A DNA stretch of 16,825 bases from Armatimonadota bacterium. GTDB taxonomy: Bacteria > Armatimonadota > Hebobacteria > CAIYQO01. Each line of letters begins with the position of its first letter. The stretch's first letter is position 1. Positions 15,224 through 16,825 of the stretch are shown here, one piece after another. The notes under the pieces are model-generated. The model saw only the letters and a program-made list of their open reading frames with translations. It was not told where the DNA came from and searched no databases. Location of the stretch: the NCBI GenBank assembly GCA_038248345.1, contig JBBRXO010000061.1, positions 1 to 16,825 of the forward strand, in the 5' to 3' direction. The translations under genes were made by a program, and so were the position numbers.

Positions 15224-15245
15224 TGGAGACATCGATACCACTATT

Positions 15246-15905
15246 ATGCAACAACGAAAACTTGAGATAACCGCGGAGACGCTCGACTACTCCCTCTATG
15301 TCATCACCGAATCACTGCCCGACCGCTCGCCACTAGAGATTGCAACGGCGGCTTATGCCGGGGGGGCGGGCGTGGTGCAGTACCGGCACAAAGGCGTAAA
15401 CGGACGCGAGCTTTTCCTCTGGGCACAGCAACTGGCGGCATTGGCACGTGAGTGCGGACGTGCGCTCATTATCAATGATCGCGTAGACGTGGCGCTGGCG
15501 GTACGTGCCGACGGCGTACACCTGGGGCCAGATGATATGCCCATCAGCGCCGCCCGCCGGATACTGGGCCCTACCGCCATCATCGGAGCCTCGGTGAGCA
15601 CAGTAGATGAAGCGGTGGAGGCGGAAGCGGAAGGTGCGAGCTACCTGGGTGTCGGCTGTATGTACGGCACGCAGAGCAAAGCAGACGCAGGTGAACCACT
15701 GGGACCGGAGCGTCTGCGCGAGATACGCGTAGCAGTAAAGCTACCGCTAGTGGCCATCGGCGGCATCACCGGCGAAAATATCCCCGAACTGATCAGCGCC
15801 GGAGCCGATGGGATAGCAGTGATCACCGCTATCACCCACGCCAAAAACATGAAAACCTCCGTACGTGAACTGTTGAAGATCATCAAAACTGCCCGGGGGC
15901 GATAA
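15246..15905 (+). CDS. thiE: Thiamine-phosphate synthase
   Basis: LYVIT, VQYRHK, LIINDRVDVALAVRADGVHLGPDD, GASV, YGTQSK, VAIGGI and GADGIAVITAI. Confidence 0.97.
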   Translation: MQQRKLEITAETLDYSLYVITESLPDRSPLEIATAAYAGGAGVVQYRHKGVNGRELFLWAQQLAALARECGRALIINDRVDVALAVRADGVHLGPDDMPISAARRILGPTAIIGASVSTVDEAVEAEAEGASYLGVGCMYGTQSKADAGEPLGPERLREIRVAVKLPLVAIGGITGENIPELISAGADGIAVITAITHAKNMKTSVRELLKIIKTARGR

Positions 15906-15919
15906 ATTTCCGATTAAGG

Positions 15920-15982
15920 GAGACGGGCCAATGCGGAGATTGGCATTCCCGGGGTTGTAGCCCGCACCCGCCGTGGCGCGCT
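15920..15982. repeat. Family E plus family D composite unit
   Basis: GAGACGGGCCAATGCGGAGATTGGCATTCCCGGGGTTGTAGCCCGCACCCGCCGTGGCGCGCT. The first 22 nt match 9190-9211 at 21/22. Confidence 0.8.
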
Positions 15983-16185
15983 ATTAGTCCTGTTTTTCTC
16001 AACAAAATGATAACGCCCTTCCGGGTGCTTGATCTTACTTTGTATGCCATAGCCAGGATGGCGACGGCTTATAGCCACGTCCTTTAGTCCCTTCTGGGTA
16101 ATATTCTGAACAACTTGTAGAGAAAAGTTGCACGTTAGATGGAAATCACGACCTGATACGGTTCCAAACCATTAATGTAGATTTA

Positions 16186-16220
16186 TAACATAGCCCCGGG
16201 CGAAACCCGGAGCTACGTTA
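16186..16220. repeat. Collapsed family F palindrome
   Basis: TAACATAGCCCCGGGCGAAACCCGGAGCTACGTTA, homologous to the arms of 7542-7645. Confidence 0.75.
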
Positions 16221-16485
16221 TTATTCCGATTGAATGGTTATTGACCGTATCAGCGCATATTGAGTTTGTTGGCTCCGGCCTGGCCGGGTTAGAGCGTGGT
16301 GGTGTCGACAGGATGCCAGGATACGTCTCTCTGGATCGCAACGCCGCTCTCATAGGCAGCACGACATGTCCACCATCACCATCCTAGCTATGGTGGACAG
16401 GCTATTCCACGATATTTATTTTTACGTTTTTCCAATAAGACCCGGTTAACAATACTATCTTACTGCATATTATTGAATTTTCTGT

Positions 16486-16514
16486 TTGACACCTGCTAAA
16501 ATTGGTGGTATACT
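16486..16514 (+). promoter_or_regulatory. Near-consensus sigma70 promoter of the prepilin-type gene
   Basis: TTGACA (16486-16491), 17 bp, TATACT (16509-16514) with extended TG. Confidence 0.8.
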
Positions 16515-16570
16515 GTAATTAGTATTCTGTGAGCTATCCCAGATATACACAAATGAAAGGAGACATTAAC

Positions 16571-16825
16571 ATGTCATCATCTCAGCGTCGAGGGTTTACC
16601 CTCATTGAACTGCTGGTGGTTATCGCGATTATCGCGATTTTGGCCGCCATTCTCTTTCCCGTGTTCTCAAAGGCCCGTGAGAAGGCCCGCCAGACACAGT
16701 GCCAGAACAATCAACGCCAGCTGGCTATCGCCATCAGCATGTACACCCAGGAGCACGACGAGACCCTGCCGTTAAATGCTACCGTGTGGCAGTCACTGAA
16801 ATTGGCCTCGGCACTCACCTCCAAC
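16571..16825 (+). CDS. Prepilin-type N-terminal cleavage/methylation domain protein (DUF1559-like), 3'-truncated by the window end
   Basis: Absent from the ORF track and translated by hand: [67 protein letters not shown]...; AAGGAG SD. Confidence 0.93.
   Translation, partial: MSSSQRRGFTLIELLVVIAIIAILAAILFPVFSKAREKARQTQCQNNQRQLAIAISMYTQEHDETLPLNATVWQSLKLASALTSN

Noticed and set aside
15914..16080. Possible ~54-aa minus-strand ORF (GTG start, MAISRRHPGYG...)
   Set aside because: The SD spacing is poor, the ORF runs through the D/E repeat, and there is no recognisable motif.

Overview
This is a chromosomal, mostly housekeeping window from a GC-rich bacterium. The lineage is probably Armatimonadota-like, inferred from the DUF1559-type prepilin gene ([16 protein letters not shown]). 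It opens with a 6S RNA (minus strand) transcribed divergently from a czcD/NiCo-type riboswitch with terminator, which precedes a CDF metal exporter. Next come a Zn-ribbon/TPR membrane protein and an RDD protein. A minus-strand run follows (comF, metallophosphoesterase, membrane protein, TPR protein, radC, NHL-repeat protein), then murF, rnd, a ~1000-aa secreted ankyrin-repeat protein, thiE and a truncated prepilin-type gene. There is no transposase, integrase, CRISPR array, tRNA or rRNA. Three signals stand out. (i) The riboswitch keeps the czcD core but apparently cannot form helix P1. (ii) Most intergenic spaces carry REP/REPIN-like palindromes from at least six families, some nested or showing covariation, plus 7-, 8- and 9-bp periodic arrays. 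(iii) Several genes look leaderless, and for murF a tandem repeat may supply the -35. All calls were made by eye; no database searches were run.
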